The notes under the pieces were generated by a model. That model was not told the origin of the DNA, searched no databases, and was given only the letters and a program-made list of their open reading frames with translations. This document shows, in pieces, positions 27,164 through 37,323 of a stretch of 64,000 nucleotides of DNA; positions within the stretch are counted from its first letter, which is position 1, and each line of letters opens with the position of its first letter. The stretch is from an uncultured Verrucomicrobia subdivision 3 bacterium. GTDB taxonomy: Bacteria; Verrucomicrobiota; Verrucomicrobiia; Limisphaerales; UBA11358. Position numbers and translations under genes: made by a program. The stretch lies in NCBI GenBank assembly GCA_903917705.1, contig CAIXBQ010000093.1, positions 12,268-76,267 of the forward strand. Direction: 5' to 3'.

Positions 27164-28306
27164 ATGAAAACCTGGATTCTAGCCGCTTTTGCCGCCTGGT
27201 CAGTAGCGCACCCGGGGGACGCGGAACTCGCTTCAGTTCTGGCCTTCCCTGGCGCGGAGGGGTTTGGACGGTTTGCCACTGGTGGCCGTGACGGCGAAAC
27301 GGTGCACGTTACCTCGCTCGATGATGCTGGGGTCGGTTCCTTCCGCGACGCGGTCAGCAAGCCCCACCGCATCGTCGTATTCGATGTCGGTGGCACCATC
27401 CGGTTGAAGTCAAACCTTGCCGCCAGCAGCGGCCTCACGATTCAGGGTCAAACTGCGCCCGGCGAGGGGGTGACGTTATACGGCCGTTCCGTATCCTTCA
27501 GCGGCCAGAAAAATATCATTGTCCGGTACCTGCGTTTCCGCGAAGGGATCGCAGGCGACAGGGGTAAATGCTCGGTTAACCTTTCCAGCGGCAGCAATAT
27601 GATGTTCGATCATTGCAGCATCGAATGGGGCAGATGGGATTGCCTCGGCCTCACCCAAGGCAGCCACGACATCACATTTCAAAATTGCATCATCGGAGAG
27701 GGCGTGGATCCGCAACGCTTTGGTTCGCTCTCCGATTCCGTGACCAACATCACCTACACGCACAATCTCTGGATTAACAACCAAAGCCGCAATCCAAAAG
27801 CCAAGGGAAAAATTCAATACATCAACAATGTCGTCTATAACTGGGGAGTCTGCGGCTTGGTCGGCGGACATTCAGGCGCCAATCATTTTCAAGATGTGGT
27901 TGGAAATTATTTCATAGCTGGACCGAATTCCGGTTCCCATGCCGTTGGTGAATTCAAGGCCACTGACCACGTTTTCCAGAAAGATAATATAGTGGACGCG
28001 GACAAGGATGGAAAATTAAAAGGCCGTCCACTTGTTGCCGGGGATTTTGGCAGCGGCGAGAACGCTCCGACTTTCATGAACAGCGCCTCTGTGGGACCGC
28101 TGACAAATGTGACAATTGAGGCGGCGGCATCCGCCCTTTCAAACATTCTCACCCATGTCGGCAGTTCGCTGCATCGTGATGCCGTGGATGCGCGGTTGAT
28201 TGACGCCGTGCAGTCATTCGGAATTCGCGGAAAAATTATCCACACCGAGACGGAAGCCGGCGGCCTTGGAGAAAAGTCGGAAGTTCGCTATCCTCCGGGC
28301 CAATAA
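27164..28306 (+). CDS. Secreted pectate lyase (PL1-like)
   Basis: Signal peptide; AFPGAEGFGRFATGGR, GSFRDAV, GQTAPGEG, DHCSIEW, RNPK. Confidence 0.88.
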   Translation: MKTWILAAFAAWSVAHPGDAELASVLAFPGAEGFGRFATGGRDGETVHVTSLDDAGVGSFRDAVSKPHRIVVFDVGGTIRLKSNLAASSGLTIQGQTAPGEGVTLYGRSVSFSGQKNIIVRYLRFREGIAGDRGKCSVNLSSGSNMMFDHCSIEWGRWDCLGLTQGSHDITFQNCIIGEGVDPQRFGSLSDSVTNITYTHNLWINNQSRNPKAKGKIQYINNVVYNWGVCGLVGGHSGANHFQDVVGNYFIAGPNSGSHAVGEFKATDHVFQKDNIVDADKDGKLKGRPLVAGDFGSGENAPTFMNSASVGPLTNVTIEAAASALSNILTHVGSSLHRDAVDARLIDAVQSFGIRGKIIHTETEAGGLGEKSEVRYPPGQ

Positions 28307-28459
28307 TTCCCGGCAAGATAGCAGCTGACGCAAAAAAGCTTAAACATCTGACACCTTTCCACAAAACATCAGAGGTCTCTTACGTCGGATGTTGCGGCGG
28401 GGGTCGCCCCCCTAAAAGCCCTGTTTGAACTCCAGCAGGCCTGTCATATATATAAACCA

Positions 28460-30325
28460 GTGAAATCCACCACGCCAGAACTGCTCCCGTTACTGAAGCG
28501 ATATTTTGGTTTCACTTCCTTCCGCCCGTTACAGGAAGAAATCATCCGTGATTCACTTGCTGGAAAAGACACTTTTGCATTGTTGCCGACCGGCGGCGGC
28601 AAATCACTTTGCTTTCAACTTCCCGCGCTTACCCGTGCCGGGCTCACCGTGGTCGTCTCGCCGCTGATTGCGTTGATGAAAGACCAGGTCGATGCCCTGC
28701 AAGCCGCCGGTGTGCCGGCGACGTTTTTAAATTCGTCGCTTGCCGCGGAGGAATCACGGAAACGCCTGCGGGGCCTGCACCAAGGCGAATTCCGCCTGCT
28801 TTACGTCGCGCCAGAACGACTGATGCTGTCCGGATTCCTTGAAGATTTGCAGCGCTGGAACGTCCAACTTATTGCCGTAGACGAGGCGCATTGCATCAGC
28901 GAATGGGGGCATGACTTCCGCCCGGAGTACCGCCAGCTCGCCGAACTGCGGGAATTGTTTCCAACCGTGCCGTTCATGGCACTCACTGCCACCGCCACGG
29001 AGCGTGTCCGCGAGGATATCGTTGCGCATCTCAAGTTGCGCGAGCCAAGCCGCTACGTCGCCAGCTTTAACCGCCCGAACCTGACTTACCGCGTCATTCC
29101 GAAAAGCAAGCCGTTCGACCAGCTGATTGAATTTCTCCGCGCGCGGCGGTATGAAAGCGGCATCGTTTATTGCCTGTCTCGCAAAAGTGCCGAGAGTGTG
29201 GCTGAGCGTCTGAACGACAACGGGATCAAAGCCAAGCCTTATCATGCCGGGCTTACGCCGAAGGCGCGCAGTGAGCACCAGGAACAATTTCTGCGCGACG
29301 ATGTGCGCGTGGTCTGCGCCACTATTGCATTTGGCATGGGGATCAACAAGCCGAACGTCCGTTTTGTCATCCATTATGATTTGCCAAAGAACATCGAAGG
29401 ATATTATCAAGAAACCGGCCGGGCGGGTCGCGACGGTTTGCCCGGCGAATGCATCCTGCTATTTAGCGCGGGCGATGCGGCAAAACAGACGATATTCATT
29501 GATGAAAAGCCGAATCCGCAGGAACGTGAAATCGCGCGGAGACAGTTGCAACAGATGGTACACTATGCCGAAAGCGCTAACTGCCGGCGGGTTGAATTGC
29601 TAAGTTATTTCAGCGAGACATTTACGGAAGCTAGCTGTGGGGCGTGCGACAACTGTCTGTCGCCGCGCGACACCTTTGACGGGACGCTGGCGGCACAGAA
29701 ATTTCTCTCGTGCATCTATCGCATCCGCGAAAAAAACGGTTTTAGCGTCGGCTTAAACCATGTGATCGAAGTGCTCACCGGCGCGGACACGGAAAAAATC
29801 CGCAAGTGGGATCACGCGCAGCTTTCCACCTACGGCATAGGCAAGGAATACCGCCGGCTGGAATGGTCCGCGATCGGCCGCGAACTGGTCCGGCTCGGCT
29901 TTCTCAGGCAGACGACGGAAAAATACAGCACGCTGGAATTGACGGGTTCGGGTGCGGCCATTCTCAAGTCACGCAGCCGGGTCACGCTCACCAAACCCGT
30001 GATCGCCCCGGAAAGCAAGGTTAGCCGCGCTGGCGAAATAGCCTGCGATGAAAACCTGTTCGAGCGTTTGAGGGTGCTGCGCAAGCGGCTGGCCGACGAG
30101 CGCGACCTGCCGGCTTACATTGTTTTTTCCGACGTGTCACTGCGGCAGATGGCGCGTTATTATCCGTTGGACGAACCGGGGTTATCCCGCATCAGCGGTG
30201 TCGGTGAAAAGAAACAGCGCGAGTTCGGGGGGGCCTTTTTGGGAGAAATTGCGGACTTTCTACAAACGCACGCACGCCAGATCTTCGCGGACGATTCTTT
30301 CATCGCAACGTCCCGTTGGCGGTGA
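28460..30325 (+). CDS. recQ: ATP-dependent DNA helicase RecQ
   Basis: PTGGGKSLC, VDEAHCISEWGHDFRPEY, QETGRAGRDG, Zn-binding/RQC and HRDC domains. Confidence 0.96.
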   Translation: MKSTTPELLPLLKRYFGFTSFRPLQEEIIRDSLAGKDTFALLPTGGGKSLCFQLPALTRAGLTVVVSPLIALMKDQVDALQAAGVPATFLNSSLAAEESRKRLRGLHQGEFRLLYVAPERLMLSGFLEDLQRWNVQLIAVDEAHCISEWGHDFRPEYRQLAELRELFPTVPFMALTATATERVREDIVAHLKLREPSRYVASFNRPNLTYRVIPKSKPFDQLIEFLRARRYESGIVYCLSRKSAESVAERLNDNGIKAKPYHAGLTPKARSEHQEQFLRDDVRVVCATIAFGMGINKPNVRFVIHYDLPKNIEGYYQETGRAGRDGLPGECILLFSAGDAAKQTIFIDEKPNPQEREIARRQLQQMVHYAESANCRRVELLSYFSETFTEASCGACDNCLSPRDTFDGTLAAQKFLSCIYRIREKNGFSVGLNHVIEVLTGADTEKIRKWDHAQLSTYGIGKEYRRLEWSAIGRELVRLGFLRQTTEKYSTLELTGSGAAILKSRSRVTLTKPVIAPESKVSRAGEIACDENLFERLRVLRKRLADERDLPAYIVFSDVSLRQMARYYPLDEPGLSRISGVGEKKQREFGGAFLGEIADFLQTHARQIFADDSFIATSRWR

Positions 30326-30343
30326 AGATCGGTCGGTTGATCA

Positions 30344-30889
30344 TTATTTCCCGGGCGCGTTGGTGGCCGGGGAATTCGTGTCCGCAAAGTTGACCGAGGC
30401 GGAGTTGATGCAGTAACGCAGCCCGGTCGGCCCGGGGCCGTCATCGAAAACATGGCCTAGATGGCTGCCGCAGTTTGCGCACAGCACCTCCTTGCGGTGC
30501 ATCCCATGGCTGAAATCGTCACGCTCAATGACTTTCCCCTGCGCAGCGATTTGGGAAAAACTCGGCCACCCGCAGGGCGAATCAAACTTGTTGTCCGACC
30601 TGAACAAAATCTCGCCGCAAGCGGCGCAGCGATAGATGCCGGGGTCCTTGGTATTCCAGTATTTGCCGGTGAAGGCGCGCTCGGTGCCAGCCTCGCGCAG
30701 GACATGAAATTGTTCAGGGGTCAGGCGCTGGCGCCATCCGGCGTCGGAAAGCTGAAACGGAAAATTCATAGTGGAGTTGGTTGAATGGTTCATGGCGGCG
30801 GGGTCGTTCGTCAAGGTGGCATGCCCGCCTCCGGCTAACACTACGGCAGCGAGCGTCGGGAGGATAAAAGTCGGTTTCATGCGTTTCAT
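30344..30889 (-). CDS. msrB: Peptide methionine-R-sulfoxide reductase MsrB with signal peptide
   Basis: [40 protein letters not shown]. Confidence 0.93.
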   Translation of the reverse strand: MKRMKPTFILPTLAAVVLAGGGHATLTNDPAAMNHSTNSTMNFPFQLSDAGWRQRLTPEQFHVLREAGTERAFTGKYWNTKDPGIYRCAACGEILFRSDNKFDSPCGWPSFSQIAAQGKVIERDDFSHGMHRKEVLCANCGSHLGHVFDDGPGPTGLRYCINSASVNFADTNSPATNAPGK

Positions 30890-31010
30890 TTGTTGTCGCC
30901 TGCAACCAATGCCACATCGTCGACGTTCCGTCAAACGGCGGCCGGCCAGCAAAAACAATTTCTTCAGGTTTGGAGTTGCGCTAGCCTGAATGCGTTCAAA
31001 CCACAGCCAA

Positions 31011-32858
31011 ATGAAAATACTGTATATAATTTGCTCGAGCGCGCTTTTTGTCGGTGCCGATGTTCGGGCGGAAGCGGTCATCGCGGATGTATTCGCGCGG
31101 CAGGCGACCAGCTTGAACGGCAAATGGAACTACATCGTGGACCCGTATGACACGGGTTATTTTGACTATCGCCGGAAGCCGTTTGATGAAGATGGAAAAG
31201 TGACCGGCGGGTATGCGCTCGACCGGCAAGCCAGGAACAAGGGCGATTTGATTGAATACAACTTCAACACCAGCCCCACGCTGAATGTGCCAGGGGACTG
31301 GAATTCGCAGAGCGACAAGCTGTTCTACTATGAGGGTTCCGTCTGGTATCGTCGCAAATTTGACGCGCCAAAATCCGCACCTGAGCACCGGCAGTTTATC
31401 TATTTTGGCGCGGCCAATTACGAGGCTGACGTATATCTCAACGGCAAAAAGCTCGGCCAACACATCGGCGGCTTTACGCCCTTCGCCTACGAAATCACCA
31501 AGTTGGCCAAGGACAAAGGCAATTCGCTCGTCCTTCGTGTGAATAATAACCGCCACGCTGACGCCGTGCCAACGGTGAACACGGACTGGTGGAATTATGG
31601 CGGCATCACACGCGATGTGCTGCTCGTTGAAACGCCTGCGTCATTCATCGCCAATTTTCGCGCCCGGCTTAAGCCGGGCACCTCTAACATCATCGAAGCA
31701 ACGGTGCAACTCGACGGTGCAAACAGGGGGCAGGCGGTGAAAATTGATTTCCCGTCGCTGAACCTTGCTGCCGAGACGGCCAGCGACCAGGATGGCATCG
31801 CGCGGTTTGAGCTTTCCAGGCCGGGTCTTGCCCTCTGGTCGCCGGAAAATCCGGCATTGAACGAGGTTGTGATTTCCAGCGGCGATGATTCGCTGAAAGA
31901 TCGCGTCGGCTTCCGTTCTGTGGCTACGAGCGGCCAGGACATCTTGTTGAACGGTAAAAAAGTCTTCCTGCGTGGTATCTGCATTCACGAGGAAGTGGCC
32001 ACGGAAGGTCGCCGGGCTTGGTCGGAAACGGACGCACGAATGCTGCTCTCGCAGGCGAAGGAGTTGGGTTGCAATTTTGTCCGACTCGCCCATTACCCGC
32101 ACAACGAGCACATGGCGCGCGTCGCCGACGAGATGGGCATTCTGTGCTGGGAGGAGATTCCGGTTTACTGGACAATCCAGTGGACGAACCCGGTCACACT
32201 GGCAAACGCCAAGAAACAGCTTTCCGATTTGATCGGACGCGACCAGAATCGCGCCAGCGTCATTGCCTGGTCGGTAGCCAACGAAACGCCGGTGAGCGAG
32301 GCGCGGACGAGGTTTTTGAAGTCGCTGGTGGACGAGGCGCGCGGACTTGACGGCACCCGGCTGGTTTCGGCGGCGATGGAAGTTCGTTCCGGCACGATGG
32401 AGAATCGACCAGGAACAAAGCCGGAGAACCACAAGGTGGTGGACGATCCGTTCGGGGAGTTCACCGACCTGTGCAGCTTCAACCAATACATCGGGTGGTA
32501 TGATGGTTTGCTGGAGAAGATTGACCAGACCACTTGGAGCATCAAATACAAAAAGCCGGTTTTCATCAGCGAATTCGGCGCGGATGCCAAGCAAGGGATG
32601 CATGCGGATGCCCAGACGCGCTTCAGCGAGGAATATCAAGCCGAGCTTTACCGCCGGACGCTGCCGATGCTGGACCAGATTCCTGGTTTCAGCGGTTGTA
32701 CGCCGTGGATTCTGTTCGATTTCCGCTCTCCGCGCCGCGTGTTGCCGGGGATTCAAGATGGCTGGAATATCAAAGGTGTTATCGGCCACAACGGCGAAAA
32801 GAAAAGGGCGTTCGACGTGCTGAAAAACTTTTATGCAACGAAAGCGGCGGCAAAATAA
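31011..32858 (+). CDS. Glycoside hydrolase family 2 (beta-glucuronidase-like)
   Basis: [34 protein letters not shown] (acid/base), ISEFGA (nucleophile). Confidence 0.92.
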   Translation: MKILYIICSSALFVGADVRAEAVIADVFARQATSLNGKWNYIVDPYDTGYFDYRRKPFDEDGKVTGGYALDRQARNKGDLIEYNFNTSPTLNVPGDWNSQSDKLFYYEGSVWYRRKFDAPKSAPEHRQFIYFGAANYEADVYLNGKKLGQHIGGFTPFAYEITKLAKDKGNSLVLRVNNNRHADAVPTVNTDWWNYGGITRDVLLVETPASFIANFRARLKPGTSNIIEATVQLDGANRGQAVKIDFPSLNLAAETASDQDGIARFELSRPGLALWSPENPALNEVVISSGDDSLKDRVGFRSVATSGQDILLNGKKVFLRGICIHEEVATEGRRAWSETDARMLLSQAKELGCNFVRLAHYPHNEHMARVADEMGILCWEEIPVYWTIQWTNPVTLANAKKQLSDLIGRDQNRASVIAWSVANETPVSEARTRFLKSLVDEARGLDGTRLVSAAMEVRSGTMENRPGTKPENHKVVDDPFGEFTDLCSFNQYIGWYDGLLEKIDQTTWSIKYKKPVFISEFGADAKQGMHADAQTRFSEEYQAELYRRTLPMLDQIPGFSGCTPWILFDFRSPRRVLPGIQDGWNIKGVIGHNGEKKRAFDVLKNFYATKAAAK

Positions 32859-32876
32859 ATACATTTACACCAACCC

Positions 32877-34358
32877 ATGAAAATCTCCATCAGCGAACTC
32901 ATGGCCCGCAGCGGCGTGGCCTTTGGCACCAGCGGCGCACGCGGCCTGGCCACGGCGATGACCGATCAGGTCTGCTATGCCTACACCCAAGGCTTTTTGC
33001 AATACCTCGAAGCCATCGGCGAATTCAAGCGCGTCGGCGAGCGCGTGGCGGTTGCCGGCGATTTCCGCCCCAGTACCAACCGCGTTATGGCTGCCGTCTG
33101 CCGCGCCGCCGGGGACATGGGGTACCGCGCGGTGAACTGTGGCAAAGTTCCTTCGCCCGCTGTCGCGCTATTCGGGCTTGAAAACAAAATCCCCGCCATC
33201 ATGGTCACGGGCAGCCACATTCCCGACGACCGCAATGGCATCAAGTTCAACAAGATCACCGGTGAAGTTTTGAAGGACGACGAAATTGGCATGAGCAGCC
33301 AGATCGTTGAATTGGGTGACGCGTTGTTTGGCACGGATGGGAGTTTTGCCGCGCCGAAGTCGGTGTACGAAGTTTCACCCGTTGCCGGGGAAAACTATGT
33401 TATGCGTTATCTGAATTATTTCAGTCCCGATGTGTTGAAAGGTTTGCACATCGGCGTTTATCAGCACTCTGCTGTCGGGCGTGATGTGCTGGTGAAAATT
33501 CTTTCGCATCTCGGTGCGGCAGTGACGCCGCTGGGGCGTTCGGAAAAGTTTATTCCTGTGGACACCGAGGCAATCCGCCCTGAAGACGTGCAACTCGCCC
33601 ACAGTTGGGCGGCGACCGGAAAGTTCGACGCCCTCGTTTCCGCCGATGGCGACAGCGACCGTCCGCTGGTCAGTGACGAACACGGCAACTGGCTGCGCGG
33701 CGACGTGGCGGGAATCCTATGCGCCAAATTTCTGGAGGCCGATTCCATCAGTACGCCGGTGAGCTGCAATACCGCCGTGGAAAAATGCGGATGGTTCCGC
33801 GAAATCCGCCGCACGCGCATTGGTTCGCCATTCGTGGTCGCTTCAATGATGCAGGCCACCGCGACGGGTGCGAAACGGGTCGTCGGTTACGAAGCCAATG
33901 GCGGATTTTTACTGAACTCAGCCATTGAAAAGAATGGAAAGAAACTGCGCGCGTTGCCAACACGCGATGCGGTCATCGTAATGCTTGGGATTTTGCTGCT
34001 GGCGAAAGCGCAGGGCAAAACCGTTTCCGGCCTCGCGGCGACCCTGCCGGCGCGGTTCACCTCGAGCGACCGGCTGAAGAATTTCGCGACAGAAAAAAGC
34101 CTGGCGATGTTGGCGACGTTGAACAGCGGTTCGGAAGCCGCCGACAAAAAAGCAATTGAAAATATGTTTGGCCTGATTTGCGGATCCGCTGCGAGGTTAA
34201 ACCGCACGGATGGATTACGGATCACGTTTGCAAACGATGAAGTGATCCACCTGCGACCCTCCGGCAATGCGCCGGAATTCCGTTGTTATGCCGAAGCGGC
34301 TACCGATGGGCGCGCCCGCGAAATCACGTCGCTGGTGCTCGCCCGGATCAGCGGTTGA
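32877..34358 (+). CDS. manB: Phosphomannomutase / alpha-D-phosphohexomutase
   Basis: FGTSGARG, TGSHIP (phospho-Ser), DGDSDR, GYEANGG, RPSGNAPEFRCY. Confidence 0.88.
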   Translation: MKISISELMARSGVAFGTSGARGLATAMTDQVCYAYTQGFLQYLEAIGEFKRVGERVAVAGDFRPSTNRVMAAVCRAAGDMGYRAVNCGKVPSPAVALFGLENKIPAIMVTGSHIPDDRNGIKFNKITGEVLKDDEIGMSSQIVELGDALFGTDGSFAAPKSVYEVSPVAGENYVMRYLNYFSPDVLKGLHIGVYQHSAVGRDVLVKILSHLGAAVTPLGRSEKFIPVDTEAIRPEDVQLAHSWAATGKFDALVSADGDSDRPLVSDEHGNWLRGDVAGILCAKFLEADSISTPVSCNTAVEKCGWFREIRRTRIGSPFVVASMMQATATGAKRVVGYEANGGFLLNSAIEKNGKKLRALPTRDAVIVMLGILLLAKAQGKTVSGLAATLPARFTSSDRLKNFATEKSLAMLATLNSGSEAADKKAIENMFGLICGSAARLNRTDGLRITFANDEVIHLRPSGNAPEFRCYAEAATDGRAREITSLVLARISG

Positions 34359-34361
34359 CTT

Positions 34362-35897
34362 TCAATGGCCGGGTTCTACGCGCTTAAAGAGGAAAATCAG
34401 CGGCAAGGTGGTCAAAGCCGCGGCACCAAACCAAAAGAAATTGTCCACATATGCCCACAGATGCGCCTGCTGATCCAGCAGTGAATACACTGCGGCGTAA
34501 GCCTGATGGGTTGCGGTCACGGGGTCGGCGTGCTGGGAAAGCTGATGTTTTGCTGCCGCCAGACGCTGCGTGAATGCCGGATCAGCCGGCGATAGACGTC
34601 CAACCATCAGCGCTTGATGCCCCTGCGCGCCGCGCGCCAGCATGGTGGTGACAAACGCTATGCCGATGCTGCCGCCAAGATTGCGCATTAAGTTGTAGAG
34701 GCCGGTGGCATTGCCAATCTGCCGCTGATTCAACTGGCTCATGGTCGCCACGGTCAGGGGCACAAAAATGAAGCTGATGGCGATGCCGTTGACGACACTG
34801 GGCCAGATGACGTTGATTCGCGCGACCTGCAAATTCACGCCGGCCAGCATGAAGGATGACACCGCTAACAGGATGAAACCGAAGCAGAGCATCCATTTGC
34901 CCCGGACTTTGCCGACCAACCGGCCGACCAGGGCTGTGGTGACAAACGCGGCCAGGCCGCGCGGTGACAGGGCGTAGCCGCTTTGCAGCGCCGGATAACC
35001 CATGAGCGTTTGCAAAAACAGTGGAATTTGCGCGGTGGTGCCGTAGAGGATCGCCGCCAGAGTGGTCATTAAAATCAGGCCGACCGCAAAGTTCCGGTTA
35101 TTAAACACGCGCAAATCCACCAGCGGATGGTCGGTGTTGAATTCCCACCAGACGAAGCCGAGGAACGAGAACCCGGAAACCGCCGTGAACCAACGCACCC
35201 ACTCCGCGCTGAACCAGTCAGCCTCCTGGCCTTTGTCCAAAAGAATTTGCAGTGTCGCCAGCCATAGCACCAGCAGGCCGAAGCCGATATAATCAATCGT
35301 CGCTGATTTATTACGCTGGATATAAGGCGGGTCTTCGACCAGCCATTGCGCCATGACCAGCGCCAGTATGCCCACCGGGAGGTTGATATAAAAAATCCAC
35401 CGCCAAGAATAGCTGTCCGTGATCCAGCCGCCAAGGGTCGGGCCGAGAATCGGCGCCACCACCACGCCCTGCGCGAAGATGGCCATTGCCGCGCCGCGTT
35501 TCTGCGTCGGGAAACTTTCCAGCATGATTGACTGCGCGATCGGCACCATCGCGCCACCGCCGACACCCTGCAAAATCCGCGCGAGGATGAGCGTGGGCAA
35601 ACTCCACGCCAACCCGCATAGCGCCGAGGCCAGTGTAAAAATGGCGATGCAGAACAGGAACACCCGCTTGCGACCGAAATGGTTTGCCAGCCAGCCAGTC
35701 GTCGGCAGCACGATGGCGTTGGCAACAAGATAACTCGTCAGCACCCACGTCGCCTCTTCCGGCGTGGCCGAGAGATTGCCGCCGATGTGCGGCAACGCGA
35801 TGTTGGCGATGGAAGTGTCCAGCACCTCCATAAACGTTGCCATCATCACGCCCACGGCGATAAGCCACGGGCTGTGGCGTGGATGCCATTCCTGCAT
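34362..35897 (-). CDS. DHA2 (EmrB/QacA) MFS efflux transporter
   Basis: MEVLDTSIANIALP, WVLTSYL, GPTLGGWIT, WRWIFYINLP, RNLGGSIG. Confidence 0.92.
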   Translation of the reverse strand: MQEWHPRHSPWLIAVGVMMATFMEVLDTSIANIALPHIGGNLSATPEEATWVLTSYLVANAIVLPTTGWLANHFGRKRVFLFCIAIFTLASALCGLAWSLPTLILARILQGVGGGAMVPIAQSIMLESFPTQKRGAAMAIFAQGVVVAPILGPTLGGWITDSYSWRWIFYINLPVGILALVMAQWLVEDPPYIQRNKSATIDYIGFGLLVLWLATLQILLDKGQEADWFSAEWVRWFTAVSGFSFLGFVWWEFNTDHPLVDLRVFNNRNFAVGLILMTTLAAILYGTTAQIPLFLQTLMGYPALQSGYALSPRGLAAFVTTALVGRLVGKVRGKWMLCFGFILLAVSSFMLAGVNLQVARINVIWPSVVNGIAISFIFVPLTVATMSQLNQRQIGNATGLYNLMRNLGGSIGIAFVTTMLARGAQGHQALMVGRLSPADPAFTQRLAAAKHQLSQHADPVTATHQAYAAVYSLLDQQAHLWAYVDNFFWFGAAALTTLPLIFLFKRVEPGH

Positions 35898-36039
35898 AGA
35901 ATATAAATATTAACAACGCAAAATGAACCGCAACTCCGTCATGCACACATTTTGCAACCTTCAAAAATGAAAAGCCGGCAGTATGATAGCCCATGCCAGT
36001 GAAATGTGAAATTGGCAAATGAGAAAGGACCGGCAGGCG

Positions 36040-37323
36040 TTATATCAGCGTCGGGACATCCACCTGGTGAGTATCGCTGATGGCGTGGTCGGCAGGCAGA
36101 TTCTCACCCGACCAAAGCTTCTGCGCAGTCCAGCGTTCCGCTGGCGCGATCCAAAATTCATCGGTTGGCGGCAGACCCAGCGGCAGCAGGCCTGCGCTGC
36201 ACAGATACAGACTGCCCGTTGAAATATAACTCTCGCCCAGCGCCGGCTGATGGCCGTAAAATCCGATTTGCAACCAGCCGTTGGCATCAAAAGTTCCCGG
36301 CGCTTCCGTCATTTTACGGATGACCGCCGTCATCGCGCAACGCACCTGCGCGGGCTTCAGATGCGCCGGCAGATCTTTTCGCAAGGCAACCAGCACGAGG
36401 GTTTGGAATGCGCCAAAGCGATAGGTCATTGAGCGGCCGATTGAAGGAAAAGTCCCGTCTGGCGCCACCAACCGCTCCTGAATCTGCGCGAACCGCTTGG
36501 CCCGCTGTAACACCAGATCCAGGGCATTGGCAAACCGCGCGTCATGGTTTTTCAACACCGTCAGCACGTCCAACAGCATCGGCTGGATGACATAACTATT
36601 GTAGTAATCAAAATGAAAAAAATCTCCGTCCCCGTAAGCGCCATCACCGATATACCAACCCAGCATTTTGCGCACGCAGCCTTCGAGCCGTTCCGGCAGA
36701 GTCGGCTCACCTAATTCCAGCAGCACCGCCTCGACCATCGCGGCGAACATCACCCAGTTGTTGTTTGTCGGGGTCGTGATTTTGTGCGTTGATTTCAGCG
36801 CGGTTAGGACTTGCCTTTTTACTCGGGGCTCAAGCGGTGCCCACAAAACCTTCTGGGCCCGCAATAGACCCTGCGCCAGGAACGCCGCATCTACCAATGG
36901 CTGTCCACCTGTCGTGAAATTCATGAAGTCCGGCGATAGCGGATCCGTGGCCGCGTCGAAGGATGACTGGGCAAGCTTCAAGAATTCCTGCTGCAACTTC
37001 AATTCGTCTCCCGCCAGATTTTCCAGCGCCAGCCAGGGCGCCAGGCCGCAAAGCAGCCGGCCAAATGCTTCAAGATGTGTGCAGGCTGCACGTTTGGCGC
37101 CAGCCTTTTCTTCCACCGGCATGTTCTTTTTCAGCTCGCGCCGCGTCAAATTCTCCAGTATAGGCCGGGCGATTTTCTCGGTGACGGAGATCCAGTACCG
37201 TCGGTCGTCGCTTGGAATTAAGGCGGGCATTGTGGTTTCCACCAGCGTGCGCAGCGGCATGCCAGCGGCCCCCATCGCGCCCAGCGCGGCGGCGGATTTA
37301 AAGAATTCGCGTCGTGTTTTCAT
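36040..37323 (-). CDS. DUF2264-family protein with Tat signal
   Basis: TRREFFK twin-arginine motif; HLEAFGR, QPLVDAAF, NNWVMF, WYIGDGAYGDG, DYYNS, GRSMTYR. Confidence 0.82.
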   Translation of the reverse strand: MKTRREFFKSAAALGAMGAAGMPLRTLVETTMPALIPSDDRRYWISVTEKIARPILENLTRRELKKNMPVEEKAGAKRAACTHLEAFGRLLCGLAPWLALENLAGDELKLQQEFLKLAQSSFDAATDPLSPDFMNFTTGGQPLVDAAFLAQGLLRAQKVLWAPLEPRVKRQVLTALKSTHKITTPTNNNWVMFAAMVEAVLLELGEPTLPERLEGCVRKMLGWYIGDGAYGDGDFFHFDYYNSYVIQPMLLDVLTVLKNHDARFANALDLVLQRAKRFAQIQERLVAPDGTFPSIGRSMTYRFGAFQTLVLVALRKDLPAHLKPAQVRCAMTAVIRKMTEAPGTFDANGWLQIGFYGHQPALGESYISTGSLYLCSAGLLPLGLPPTDEFWIAPAERWTAQKLWSGENLPADHAISDTHQVDVPTLI